Part shown: positions 9,089 to 17,915 of the stretch, piece after piece
Numbering within the stretch: position 1 is the first letter of the stretch
Layout of the letters: each line of letters opens with the position of its first letter
Virus record (IMG/VR): IMGVR_UViG_3300044644_001125
Location: 83,623 to 147,622 of that record
Strand: one strand, 5' to 3'
Source of the DNA: a virus
Length of the DNA: 64,000 nucleotides
Program-made: the position numbers and the translations under genes
The notes under the pieces: generated by a model
Told to the model about the DNA's origin: nothing
Databases searched by the model: none
Seen by the model: the letters and a program-made list of their open reading frames with translations, nothing else

Positions 9089-9285
9089 TGTCTTTACTCC
9101 GTAGTGCTTTGTTAAGGTGGGTACAGTATAGTTGTTCTGTACCCAGTTGTCAACTCTTTTTTTTCAACTATCAGTAAGTAAGTCTACCATTATTAAGATT
9201 TAACGTATTAACGAAAAATGTACTGGCTCAAGCCTTGTATTGGGTGCTTGAGGACACCCGCAGACCCACTTACTGATAGCTCTTA

Positions 9286-9308
9286 GGCTCGTGCCTATCG
9301 GCACTCGC
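9286..9308. repeat. GC-hairpin element (GGCTCG-tgcc-tatc-ggca-CTCGC)
   Basis: Member of covarying hairpin family in AT-rich intergenic region. Confidence 0.6.
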
Positions 9309-9357
9309 TAAGTTGGGTACATTATCTTTTAGAATGTACCCATTGTCAAGTATTATT

Positions 9358-9669
9358 TTAAACTACCTTACCTACGAAAACGTAATTATGTCTACTCATA
9401 TCAGCTAGATTACCAATCGAGTTAATCCAAAAAGGATCTGTATTTTGTGAATCAAGTATAACCTTATTGGCAACTTCTTCTAGGTGGTGTACCTTGTTTA
9501 CTTGAGTTTTACCTAGTAAGATACTATTGTCTAAATTATCTTTTAGTGCTTTAGCCACTTGCGCTAAGTCACTTTCGTGTCTGGTAAAACTACCAGCAAT
9601 GGATATTGGGTTTATGTTCATATTAGCACCTATCACTTTGATGTGGCAAACAATGCCGTAAATGCCCAC
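9358..9669 (-). CDS. hypothetical protein (true start possibly 9621)
   Basis: ORF without cassette. Internal Met at MNINPISIAG. Confidence 0.45.
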   Translation of the reverse strand: MGIYGIVCHIKVIGANMNINPISIAGSFTRHESDLAQVAKALKDNLDNSILLGKTQVNKVHHLEEVANKVILDSQNTDPFWINSIGNLADMSRHNYVFVGKVV

Positions 9670-9826
9670 AGCATACTCTTAATGCCGCGCCATTGAGCGG
9701 CGCGTATTGCTGTAATAGATACTGTGGTGACCTGTGTTCTTCGTATGGTGGTGGCATCATTACTGTTGGTGACATTTGGCAACCATACAAAGAAACTAAA
9801 AGTATATAGGCTATTTTACGCATGAC
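9623..9826 (-). CDS. putative small lipoprotein
   Basis: MRKIAYILLVSLYGC lipobox-like signal. Start at internal ATG of six-frame ORF. Confidence 0.4.
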   Translation of the reverse strand, partial: VMRKIAYILLVSLYGCQMSPTVMMPPPYEEHRSPQYLLQQYAPLNGAALRVCCGHLRHCLPHQSDRC

Positions 9827-9989
9827 TGAGTACCTAACAAAACAAAACCGAAACAGATTAACCCAAAGCCAACTGCTATTGCAATAATTGCCGTTAACCA
9901 CTGGCTAGTCATTAAACCTAAGTCACCAATCGAACCTAGTGCCATACCTGTTGCGATTGAAGTCATCGCTTTACTTAAATTTGTCATAG
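9811..9989 (-). CDS. small membrane protein
   Basis: Start MTNLSK preceded by class-B leader TTACCCGCTGTG..GAGGCACTCT-ATG. Two hydrophobic segments. Confidence 0.45.
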
Positions 9990-10036
9990 AGTGCCTCGTG
10001 TGCGTAGGTGTACCCGCCTTCACAGCGGGTAATCTG

Positions 10037-10540
10037 TTAGTGTCTTGTTGCTGGCTTGATACCAAAGATGGTATACATCCGTTCATCAAACTTATCTAAG
10101 ATAACGTCTGGTAGGATTTCCATAAGTTCATCTATGATTTCTGCCTTGAGTTGTTCAACATCAATCATTTCAACTTCGGTTTGTTTAGTTGTAAACTCGT
10201 TCTCTTGGCTTAATTGCAAGAGTACCGTTTCAAGGTTATGCAATGTTTTATCCTGTCGAGTGGCAACTTCCCAAAAACCAATTCGATTATAGATAAAGAT
10301 ATAATCAGCATTAGTTTCATCTAAAAGATGATTGAGTGTCTTGTGTATCTCACTTTCATCTAGGTCACCAGTATCATCCGTTATTTCTGCTCTATCTCCT
10401 ATCAACATCAATTTAGAGATGTTACTTTGGTCGATGTTAGCTAAAAGATAACGTCCAACATCTTTTAGAGTTCCTTCGTGGATATAGACGGATTCAACGA
10501 CACCACCTTCTCTTACCCATGCAACTGTACTACTAGGCAT
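10037..10540 (-). CDS. hypothetical protein
   Basis: 167-aa ORF overlapping upstream gene by 8 nt (coupled). Confidence 0.6.
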   Translation of the reverse strand: MPSSTVAWVREGGVVESVYIHEGTLKDVGRYLLANIDQSNISKLMLIGDRAEITDDTGDLDESEIHKTLNHLLDETNADYIFIYNRIGFWEVATRQDKTLHNLETVLLQLSQENEFTTKQTEVEMIDVEQLKAEIIDELMEILPDVILDKFDERMYTIFGIKPATRH

Positions 10541-10832
10541 TTTCTACCTCTCTTGCGATTATATCTGCTATTGTTTCGTCAGTGGCTTTATAGATAAGCC
10601 AGTTACCAATCTGTACCTTATGCTTTGCGTTCATGTACTTTAAACCAAAGTTACCCTCAAAGATTCGTTGTTTAGCGGCTGGGATGATGATAACATCCTC
10701 GCCAATGTACAAGTGGGTTCTGTCGGTATTATCAGTCAACAACGCCTTAAAGGTTGTTTCACTGGTATGGTTATCAACGTACTGTTGGAACAAATCCGCC
10801 ATTGGACTTGTTACTACTTCTTCAAACTTCAT
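10533..10832 (-). CDS. hypothetical protein
   Basis: 99-aa ORF. Imperfect IR CACCGCTAACG..CGTTAACGGTG upstream. Confidence 0.55.
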   Translation of the reverse strand: MKFEEVVTSPMADLFQQYVDNHTSETTFKALLTDNTDRTHLYIGEDVIIIPAAKQRIFEGNFGLKYMNAKHKVQIGNWLIYKATDETIADIIAREVENA

Positions 10833-10893
10833 GTTATCGTTCCTTGTTAGCTCACCGCTAACGCGGTTCGCACGTTAACGGTGAAGTTGTTAG

Positions 10894-11142
10894 TTAAGCT
10901 GGGTTAAGTATCTGTAATCCGTAGATTAAATCTTCGTCTGTAATCTCATCGTATGAGAGTATGTATTGTTCGCCATCATCAACTGTATGTACATGAATCA
11001 TCTTATCCTCTGGTGATAAGCCATCAATCACATAATCAACGTCATCTTTTACAATTAAGAATGCTTGTTCGATTAAGGTATTAAGTTGTTCTCTTGTTCT
11101 CATTGGTAGTGCCTCTTTGTTAGTGTAGTGGTATGGTATCAA
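10894..11142 (-). CDS. hypothetical acidic protein
   Basis: 82-aa ORF with AGAGGCACTACCAATG leader. Confidence 0.55.
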   Translation of the reverse strand: MIPYHYTNKEALPMRTREQLNTLIEQAFLIVKDDVDYVIDGLSPEDKMIHVHTVDDGEQYILSYDEITDEDLIYGLQILNPA

Positions 11143-11162
11143 TTATCTTTTAGGTTGTCAAC

Positions 11163-11411
11163 TTATTTCTTACTGTCCATTAAGTCTTGCATACCGTCTA
11201 AGTGGTAGATTCGATTCTTATGGAATACAAACCCACCTATGTTTGTAAAGTAAATTTTGCAGTAGTTAGTTGCAATGTCTTTTTGGAAGTGGGTGAATAC
11301 TGCAATACCCGCAATCAACGCGCCAATCGCAATACCACTAACAAATGCTCTTAATCCCCTAAAGTTATCTGATACTTCTACTAATCTTGGTTTCTGTTCG
11401 TAAGTTGCCAT
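11163..11411 (-). CDS. small membrane protein
   Basis: 82-aa ORF with one TM helix. AGAGGCACTACAGATG leader. Confidence 0.55.
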   Translation of the reverse strand: MATYEQKPRLVEVSDNFRGLRAFVSGIAIGALIAGIAVFTHFQKDIATNYCKIYFTNIGGFVFHKNRIYHLDGMQDLMDSKK

Positions 11412-11443
11412 CTGTAGTGCCTCTTTGTTAAGTTGTGGCTATT

Positions 11444-11632
11444 CTAAAAGATAATCGAACTGCTGTCAACAACTTTCTGTAACAAGGTTCTCATGTCTTG
11501 GCATTCGCTGTCATCTTCTTCTGAAAACTCATAACCAAACGCAATAATATATTCTAAGGCAGTTTTAATCAAGTCTACTTCATTTGCGTCAAAGTTCATG
11601 TTACTGTACTCTATAGTTATGTTTAAGGTCAA
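11444..11632 (-). CDS. hypothetical acidic protein
   Basis: 62-aa ORF. CTAAAAGATAATCG..TTGACAGCAG upstream. Confidence 0.45.
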   Translation of the reverse strand: MTLNITIEYSNMNFDANEVDLIKTALEYIIAFGYEFSEEDDSECQDMRTLLQKVVDSSSIIF

Positions 11633-11867
11633 TGTCTGGTGTCAATGGCATTGGTTTAGCTTTCGTATCAGTTCTTGGTAAGTGGATTTGTTTATGGTTA
11701 ACGATAACATACTCTACCGTAAACTTATCTGGGCAAATCTGATACAAGGTTTCACCACTGCAATGTACATGGTCATAGAATCCTGTTTCATCTGGGAAGT
11801 CTGGTACATCAATAACCGCGTGTGCATTGGTGGTAAAAATGGCTAGTGCTAGTAGTAATTTCTTCAT
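11601..11867 (-). CDS. secreted small protein
   Basis: Signal peptide MKKLLLALAIFTTNAHA. Confidence 0.55.
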   Translation of the reverse strand: MKKLLLALAIFTTNAHAVIDVPDFPDETGFYDHVHCSGETLYQICPDKFTVEYVIVNHKQIHLPRTDTKAKPMPLTPDIDLKHNYRVQ

Positions 11868-12052
11868 TGTCTTTTCTCGATTGTTGCTATTGTTCCAACT
11901 AAGTTTTGTGCAAATGTTGCTTTGAATTCTTGGTTATTCAGTGAAGTTGTTTTAACCCATTCATCGATAAAGTAACTTACTGGTGTTAACTTTCTTACTT
12001 GGGACTTAGCCACTCCTGTATGGGTTGCTAAGGTTTGTTCTATTGTGGTCAT
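11864..12052 (-). CDS. hypothetical protein
   Basis: 62-aa ORF, 4-nt overlap with downstream gene. Confidence 0.5.
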   Translation of the reverse strand: MTTIEQTLATHTGVAKSQVRKLTPVSYFIDEWVKTTSLNNQEFKATFAQNLVGTIATIEKRQ

Positions 12053-12116
12053 GTCGCTATCCTCTGTTAAGTTGCAGGTATCTTACCCTAAAATACCTGC
12101 ATTTGTCAACAACTCG

Positions 12117-12575
12117 TTAGTAAAATTCCGGCATGAATTCTTCTTCAAAGTCATCGATAAAATCGAGTTCATTAAAGTCATTATCTGCAAACTGTTCCAT
12201 GTCTACATCACTTGGTGTATAATTGCCTTTCTTTGCCGCTACATAGCTTGTAACTCTATCAACCAGTCTTTCCATTGGCTTGTCTAAGTTCTTCCCAGTG
12301 ACGGTGCCTGTGTTGCATTCTAACTTGATGTCAAATAACACATCCGCCAAGCCTACTGAATATTTAATGTCGCAATCGAATAAGAAGTTTACCGCGCCAC
12401 TGGTGTTAGATTTTAAACCGTTTTGATAGTAATCATAGTATACGCGTCCAATGGCTCTCATCATCTCACCTTCAACACTTCCAGCATTACCTGCTTTTGG
12501 TACGATTTCTTTTAATGCGTTATATTCGTTTTGCATTTTGCCTAGATTGTTCCAGTATATGTTTTTCATTTTCAT
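12117..12575 (-). CDS. hypothetical protein
   Basis: 152-aa ORF with class-A cassette. Confidence 0.6.
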   Translation of the reverse strand: MKMKNIYWNNLGKMQNEYNALKEIVPKAGNAGSVEGEMMRAIGRVYYDYYQNGLKSNTSGAVNFLFDCDIKYSVGLADVLFDIKLECNTGTVTGKNLDKPMERLVDRVTSYVAAKKGNYTPSDVDMEQFADNDFNELDFIDDFEEEFMPEFY

Positions 12576-12642
12576 TTACTCCGTAGTGCTTGTTAAGGTG
12601 GTGATAGTTTAATTGGAAACTATCACCGTGTCAAGTTATCTT

Positions 12643-12806
12643 TTAGTCTTCAGATTCTCTGCGGTCTAATTCAATGGCTAGTAACTCTTGCATAACTTCA
12701 GTAAAGGCATCTCTTGATTCTAATTCTGAATACAACTCAAACTTGAGTTCCAGTTCATCGTATGTCATTTCACTGATTTGGTTTTTGATTTCATTTATGT
12801 TCATTG
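12643..12806 (-). CDS. hypothetical acidic small protein
   Basis: Start at internal ATG 12804-12806 preceded by AGAGGCACTACCAATG leader. Confidence 0.45.
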
Positions 12807-12832
12807 GTAGTGCCTCTGGGTTGGTTAGGTTA

Positions 12833-12857
12833 GGCTCGCGCGTTGCGCTCGCGAGCC
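12833..12857. repeat. GC-hairpin element (GGCTCG-cgc-gtt-gcg-CTCGCGAGCC), left copy of a 45-bp direct repeat
   Basis: ttaggttaggctcgcgcgttgcgctcgcgagccatgtatgtt repeated at 13141-13182. Confidence 0.6.
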
Positions 12858-12868
12858 ATGTATGTTGT

Positions 12869-13066
12869 TTAGATGATACAATCGTTATCTGCATCAATTT
12901 CCAATGTTACGCATTCGGTGGAAATATCGTCACCATTATCAATCCATGCCAATCCAACACGATTTTTATCTATTGTGAATTGTTCATCTGCGTATGCAAC
13001 CGATACCACTACCGGTAAGTCTGCATCGAATGTGGATAATACTGCAATTAGTTCTTTGATTGTCAT
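12869..13066 (-). CDS. hypothetical protein (cassette flanked by direct repeats)
   Basis: 65-aa ORF with class-A cassette. Bracketed by hairpin-containing direct repeats at 12826-12868 and 13141-13182. Confidence 0.55.
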   Translation of the reverse strand: MTIKELIAVLSTFDADLPVVVSVAYADEQFTIDKNRVGLAWIDNGDDISTECVTLEIDADNDCII

Positions 13067-13146
13067 TATCTTTACTCCGTAGTGCTTGTTAAGGTGGTGA
13101 TAGTTTAATTGGAAACTATCACCTTGTCAAGTTATCTTTTAGGTTA

Positions 13147-13171
13147 GGCTCGCGCGTTGCGCTCGCAAGCC
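13147..13171. repeat. GC-hairpin element, right copy of direct repeat
   Basis: Identical to 12833-12857 except one base. Confidence 0.6.
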
Positions 13172-13277
13172 TTGTATGTTTAGGTTGACACCTACTTGAT
13201 TAGAGTAGTTAGAAGGTGCAGTTTCCTTCCATGCCAAGTATCACTTGCACTGCACCCTTATGTCATTATCTTTTAGG

Positions 13278-13517
13278 TTATTGGTCTTCGTATGCTCTGG
13301 CTAGTAACTCTGCCGTTTTAAAGATATGGTGAACTCTATCATCTTTTAGTGCGATTTCAAGAGCCTCCTCGTCATCAATCGAGAAGTCATTGTCAAAGTG
13401 TTCTACCATGTACTCCTCGAAACTATCTGCCTCAGATTCTAGCAAGTAGTCTAAGATACTAGACAAACGGTTTAAGTTGGTTTCTGTTAAGGTGATTGTT
13501 CTGTATTGTTCGCTCAT
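13278..13517 (-). CDS. hypothetical acidic protein
   Basis: 79-aa ORF with cassette. Confidence 0.55.
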   Translation of the reverse strand: MSEQYRTITLTETNLNRLSSILDYLLESEADSFEEYMVEHFDNDFSIDDEEALEIALKDDRVHHIFKTAELLARAYEDQ

Positions 13518-13586
13518 TGTCTATTACTCCGTAGTGCTTTGTTAAGGTGCGAGTAGTATATTACTACTCGCTAAGTTTGTCAACTT

Positions 13587-13838
13587 CTATTCATGGTACA
13601 TTTTACCGTTAAATTCTACTGCTTGTGGTTCATCGTCAGAATCTGCCCAATCAGTCCAGTAAATCGCGTCATCCGCGTAAGCATCTTCGTAAGTGGCATA
13701 TCCAGCCGCAATACTCCATTCAACTGCATCTTTGATATTCTTAAAGTATTGGTCTGCCTCGCTGGTAACCCATCCTGCGTTCATACCTTCACCAGTGATT
13801 GAACAAACTCGCATCCAAGTTTTAAATTCTGTAGTCAT
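13587..13838 (-). CDS. hypothetical protein
   Basis: 83-aa ORF with cassette. Confidence 0.55.
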   Translation of the reverse strand: MTTEFKTWMRVCSITGEGMNAGWVTSEADQYFKNIKDAVEWSIAAGYATYEDAYADDAIYWTDWADSDDEPQAVEFNGKMYHE

Positions 13839-13922
13839 TGTCTTTACTCCGTAGTGCTTTGTTAAGGTGCGAGTAGTATATTACTACTCGCTTTAAATGT
13901 CAACTATTTTTTTCTTCGTACT

Positions 13923-13945
13923 GGCTCGTGCCTATCGGCACTCGC
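13923..13945. repeat. GC-hairpin element
   Basis: ggctcgtgcctatcggcactcgc placed between stop of 13952-14245 and the A-run/TTGACA of the next promoter. Confidence 0.6.
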
Positions 13946-13951
13946 AGAAAT

Positions 13952-14245
13952 TTAATCGATGGTTCTAACTGCTCTGACGTATCCGTCACCGTAACTCTTA
14001 CCGTAGTAACTCTGAATCCCGATTGACATATGATTACTCCATGCGTTGACATCATTATACTCAGTAGATGACCAGTAGTAATCTTCCTCAAACTCATTTT
14101 CCGATTCATAAATCTGCGTTAGTTCGTCTGTGGTTGGTAAACGCCATCCTGTTTTCTCGTTGATATTAAGCGAAAAGCAGTATTGGCTGGCATCATACCA
14201 GTTGGCTTGAATCTCTGTTTCTTTTGGTGCGATTTCAATGTTCAT
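13952..14245 (-). CDS. DUF1566/Lcl C-terminal domain-like small protein
   Basis: MNIEIAPKETEIQANW..YCFSLNINEKTGWRLPTTDEL..YYWSSTEY..AW..YVRAVRTID. Confidence 0.65.
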   Translation of the reverse strand: MNIEIAPKETEIQANWYDASQYCFSLNINEKTGWRLPTTDELTQIYESENEFEEDYYWSSTEYNDVNAWSNHMSIGIQSYYGKSYGDGYVRAVRTID

Positions 14246-14319
14246 ATCTTTTACTCCGTAGTGCTTGTTAAGGTGGGTACATTCTAGTTGAAATATACCC
14301 AGTTGTCAACTATTTGTTT

Positions 14320-14580
14320 TTAGATTATTCTGGTTTGTTTTATTACTGCACATTCGATTCTATCTGCTGAAATTTCTTCACCAAACTCGCCATCCGTGCC
14401 TTTGAATAGTACAGTGCTACCAGCTACTTCAACTAAAGCAACCTCGACCACTTCGCCACAATCTTTAACATATATTTGATAGTCTTTGGCAACCTCGTAA
14501 TCGATTGAATCCGCATAATCCGAGTATTCTACCAAGTATGGCATGATTTCAGCTAAGGTGGTTTCTGTCATTGTGTACAT
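14320..14580 (-). CDS. hypothetical protein; paralog of 15294-15557
   Basis: Both start MYTMTETT and end IECAV(I/M)KQ(T/N)R(I/L)I. Identical upstream cassettes. Confidence 0.55.
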   Translation of the reverse strand: MYTMTETTLAEIMPYLVEYSDYADSIDYEVAKDYQIYVKDCGEVVEVALVEVAGSTVLFKGTDGEFGEEISADRIECAVIKQTRII

Positions 14581-14652
14581 GGATATTCTCCGTAGTGCTT
14601 TGTTAAGGTGGGTATATTCTAGTTGAAATATACCCAGTTGTCAAGTTATCTT

Positions 14653-14889
14653 TTAGGTTAAATCGTGTTCTAATTTAGGGTATGTTGCGCGTAAGGTTTC
14701 AATCTTTGCTATTAAGGCAGTTATATCTGCTACTATCTCGTCCCTAGCAGTGACTTCACTCTCTGTCAGTGACTTTAAGTAATCAGTGTCATAGATGTCA
14801 AACATAGCTTTAATGTCACGTCTGTATGACTGTACCATGCTATAAAGGTCTGACCGTTTTTGAATGCCGTTCCAGTATAAACTACTCAT
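14653..14889 (-). CDS. hypothetical protein
   Basis: 78-aa ORF with cassette. Confidence 0.55.
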   Translation of the reverse strand: MSSLYWNGIQKRSDLYSMVQSYRRDIKAMFDIYDTDYLKSLTESEVTARDEIVADITALIAKIETLRATYPKLEHDLT

Positions 14890-14960
14890 TGGCTTTACTC
14901 CGTAGTGCTTTGATAAGGTGGTGATAGTTTAATTGAAAACTATCACATTGTCAATCTTTT

Positions 14961-15218
14961 TTACCCGTGAGTTAGTTCTGCCTCAGCATCTTCTAGTGCA
15001 TCAGCGACTTCTTCTTTAAAGTTGATATTATGACAATCACAGTAACGAATAATATCTACTAACAAATCTGCTACGGTTGTTTCATAACCATAATCTTCTA
15101 ATTTTAATATTGCCGCAATCTTTTCAACACCAGTGTAAAAAGAAAACTTTTTAAATACTTCTTCTCCTTCTGGCATTTCCTGTAGTTCTGCTAACACAAG
15201 TTTAATCGAATTGTTCAT
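14961..15218 (-). CDS. hypothetical acidic protein
   Basis: 85-aa ORF with cassette. Confidence 0.55.
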   Translation of the reverse strand: MNNSIKLVLAELQEMPEGEEVFKKFSFYTGVEKIAAILKLEDYGYETTVADLLVDIIRYCDCHNINFKEEVADALEDAEAELTHG

Positions 15219-15293
15219 GTTGTTTACTCCGTAGTGCTTTGTTAAGGTGGGTATATTCTAGTTGAAATATACCCAGTTGTCAACTATTTGTTT

Positions 15294-15557
15294 TTAGATT
15301 AGTCTGTTTTGTTTCATTACAGCGCATTCAATACTATTGACTTTGGCAGTACCGCATTTACCACCACCAATGTTTCTGAATGTCACGCTATCACCTAAGA
15401 CTTCTACTGTTCCTACTTCTACCACATCACCAAACTCTTTTACATAGAGTTGAATATGACGTGCTGGTTCGTATTGGAAGAATCCATTGTCCTCCTCGTC
15501 AAACAATTCCAAGTAAGGTAATAAATCAGCAAAGGTGGTTTCTGTCATTGTGTACAT
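15294..15557 (-). CDS. hypothetical protein; paralog of 14320-14580
   Basis: See 14320-14580. Confidence 0.55.
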   Translation of the reverse strand: MYTMTETTFADLLPYLELFDEEDNGFFQYEPARHIQLYVKEFGDVVEVGTVEVLGDSVTFRNIGGGKCGTAKVNSIECAVMKQNRLI

Positions 15558-15624
15558 GGATATTCTCCGTAGTGCTTTGTTAAGGTGGGTACATTCTAAA
15601 AGAAAATACCCACCATGTCAATCT

Positions 15625-16338
15625 TTATTTTGTGCGAATAACGAATCCGCTAGTATCTTTTTTCGCGCGTCCTTTGGCTTTCAATCCAATAACCAAGTCT
15701 AGGTTAGTATTATTGAATCTTAAGTCATCCAAGTCACCATCAACTACAGGAACACCATTCCAAGTGGCGGGTACTTCATCGAATACCACTGCAATAGAGT
15801 AACCTTGTTCCAATGCTTTCATTACGTCTGCATCGTTTGATTCTGCTCTACTGAATGTTAAATGGTAGTTACCTAGGTGCTTAACCTTACGATTAAGAAT
15901 CTTACTGTAGTCGTAGAATTGTACTGTAGGGAAGTGTTCAAACACGTTCTTACCACCAACGTAAATGTTTTCCCATAGAATGTCACTTGTACCATTTAAA
16001 CGGAATACAGGTGTCATACCTTTACGCTCTGCTTGTTTAATGGCTTTTGTTATATCAGTGATTAAGGTTTCCATGAAAACCTCTCTGTTTGTTTTAAAGA
16101 ACACGGTTCTACGTTTACGAGCCTCTTGTACCGCGTTAGTGGTTTCACCTGCTTTAAACATACCACCATGTCCAGCAGTATTCAAACAAGCCGCTCTGCA
16201 TCCAGCAGTAGCCTTTGGGCAAGTGTTCATTACACCAGATAAGTCACTTGGTGCTAGGTGAAGAATGTAGGATTTATAACCTTGTGATTCACCTTTAATG
16301 ATTTTAAGGTTTGAAGTAGTGAGAAGTGAAAATGCCAT
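15625..16338 (-). CDS. hypothetical protein with Cys-cluster (CPKATAGCRAAC)
   Basis: 237-aa ORF with class-A cassette. No motif confidently assigned. Confidence 0.6.
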   Translation of the reverse strand: MAFSLLTTSNLKIIKGESQGYKSYILHLAPSDLSGVMNTCPKATAGCRAACLNTAGHGGMFKAGETTNAVQEARKRRTVFFKTNREVFMETLITDITKAIKQAERKGMTPVFRLNGTSDILWENIYVGGKNVFEHFPTVQFYDYSKILNRKVKHLGNYHLTFSRAESNDADVMKALEQGYSIAVVFDEVPATWNGVPVVDGDLDDLRFNNTNLDLVIGLKAKGRAKKDTSGFVIRTK

Positions 16339-16409
16339 TGTAGTAACTCCGTAGTGCTTTGTTAAGGTGGGTACATTGTATTCTCAATGTACCCATTTGT
16401 CAAATCTTT

Positions 16410-16604
16410 TTATCCGATTGCTTGTAACAAGTACGCGTATGTGATTTCTTTCTTCGTTCCTTTTGGTAAACCTAGCAACTGGCAAGCCATTGTATTAGCC
16501 GATTTTCCACGACCTTTCAATCCTTTGATTTCTAATCCAAGTGCTGATTTCAAGGTTAATAACTGGAATCTGTTGATTTGTTCTGGTGTAGTTAATACGC
16601 TCAT
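16410..16604 (-). CDS. hypothetical basic small protein
   Basis: 64-aa ORF. Upstream: hairpin-A8-TTGACA...TATACC-leader. Confidence 0.5.
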   Translation of the reverse strand: MSVLTTPEQINRFQLLTLKSALGLEIKGLKGRGKSANTMACQLLGLPKGTKKEITYAYLLQAIG

Positions 16605-16689
16605 CTTTGTAACTCCGTAGTGCTTTGTTAAGGTGGGTATAGTTTAGTGGATCTTTACCCTGTTGTCAACTCTTTTTTTTCTTCTTATT

Positions 16690-16712
16690 GGCTCGTGCCT
16701 ATCGGCACTCGC
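16690..16712. repeat. GC-hairpin element
   Basis: ggctcgtgcctatcggcactcgc adjacent to A-run and -35. Confidence 0.6.
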
Positions 16713-16997
16713 AAACAAGTGGGTACATCCTACTCGAAAATACCCACCTTGTCAAATCTTCTTTTAGTGTGATGCAATTATCGAATCATTGGACAATGAA
16801 AACCAATAACCACGTCGCTTATAGTCTGCAATGATTGCAAAGGCCTCCTCCTCTGGCATAGCTTGCAGCTCGTCCAAGTCTAGTTTAATCGAATCATTAC
16901 GTGGTTTTGTGCCTAGTATAAATGTCGGTTCGTTCATTTTGTTTGCTCCTGTATGTTTATGTTTCGGCGTATAGCCTACCAGTAGTTAGCCGAGTTG

Positions 16998-17189
16998 TCA
17001 ACAACCCACTAACTCATCATACAGTTCTTGGTAAACACTGCCTTGGTATGCACCATCATCAAAGTCCATGACAGCACATCTCTCAATAAAATCCAGATTG
17101 GATTCACCCTCATATTGCTCGTACAGCACAGAATACTTCTCATAAGCCTCTGGGATTTGTTTAACTTTCTCAATATATGAATCTATCAT
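16998..17189 (-). CDS. hypothetical acidic protein
   Basis: 63-aa ORF; TTGACA upstream. Confidence 0.45.
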   Translation of the reverse strand: MIDSYIEKVKQIPEAYEKYSVLYEQYEGESNLDFIERCAVMDFDDGAYQGSVYQELYDELVGC

Positions 17190-17245
17190 CGTAGTATCCT
17201 CTTGGGTTTAAGTTGGCATTAGTCTACCAAGTTACTGGTTACTTG

Positions 17246-17446
17246 TCAACTCTGTATACCAAACTCCCTATCAATCCACTCCTGCTCATCTGGATACACA
17301 TAAGTGAAGATGACTTCCCCATCTTTTAGGGATCTCAAATCCTCCATGAAGTCATGGGGATACAGGATGTCTGCGCCTTCAGGCAGAACTGATGAGTCGA
17401 TGATGGTTACGCCAGTTGCTGTTGTTGCTTGTAAGTAGTTTGCCAT
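17246..17446 (-). CDS. hypothetical acidic protein
   Basis: 66-aa ORF. CTAAAAGATAAT-gc-TTGACA upstream. Confidence 0.45.
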   Translation of the reverse strand: MANYLQATTATGVTIIDSSVLPEGADILYPHDFMEDLRSLKDGEVIFTYVYPDEQEWIDREFGIQS

Positions 17447-17525
17447 GCGGTTTCTCTGGGTTGTGGTTATTTGTGGGTACAGTCTAAAAGATAATTAACC
17501 CAATGTCAAGCATTATCTTTTAGGC

Positions 17526-17558
17526 ATAAAAAAGCCATCGTTTTTCGATGGCGTTTTT
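17526..17558. terminator. bidirectional rho-independent terminator
   Basis: AAAAAA-GCCATCG-ttttt-CGATGGC-GTTTTT. Confidence 0.65.
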
Positions 17559-17562
17559 GATT

Positions 17563-17868
17563 TTATTTAGCACCAGCCCTTACTAAAAGATCATTGACTA
17601 TCTCTTCACAGCGTGGTGAATGGCATTCAACCCTTTTGATCCGCTCTACCATCGCAGGATCTGGTATGTATGCAGCGGGTACGAAGTACCATACCTGCAT
17701 TAATATAACCCCTACCTGCATTCCAAGGATCGCACATATCCCAAGTGTATTCCACGGACTTTCCCTCCATAGCTCAATGAACTTAAGTTTACCTACATGG
17801 ATTAACGTAACAATCCATACAAACCCACCTATCCATAGTGCGGTTATTACGAATGACTCTAATGACAT
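17563..17868 (-). CDS. membrane protein (multi-TM)
   Basis: 101-aa hydrophobic ORF. Class-B leader at 17869-17915. Confidence 0.55.
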   Translation of the reverse strand: MSLESFVITALWIGGFVWIVTLIHVGKLKFIELWRESPWNTLGICAILGMQVGVILMQVWYFVPAAYIPDPAMVERIKRVECHSPRCEEIVNDLLVRAGAK

Positions 17869-17915
17869 TTTCTTCTCCTATACGTGTATATGCATGATGC
17901 TCACAGCGGGTAACC
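17869..17915 (-). promoter_or_regulatory. class-B leader/promoter element (representative)
   Basis: Gene orientation TTACCCGCTGTGAGCATCATGCATATACACGTATAGGAGAAGAA-ATG. Same architecture at 375-420, 9990-10030, 18120-18180, 18421-18440, 18838-18850, 21746-21840, 21976-22020. Confidence 0.5.

Noticed and set aside
9286-9308. GC hairpins as intrinsic terminators
   Set aside because: No adjacent U-tract on either strand. They occur in both orientations and in tandem. Real terminators in this window (5862, 17526, 21203, 49138, 51199) look different.
10850-10895. Imperfect inverted repeat CACCGCTAACG..CGTTAACGGTG as a terminator
   Set aside because: No U-tract follows. It is kept only as a possible structured or regulatory element.
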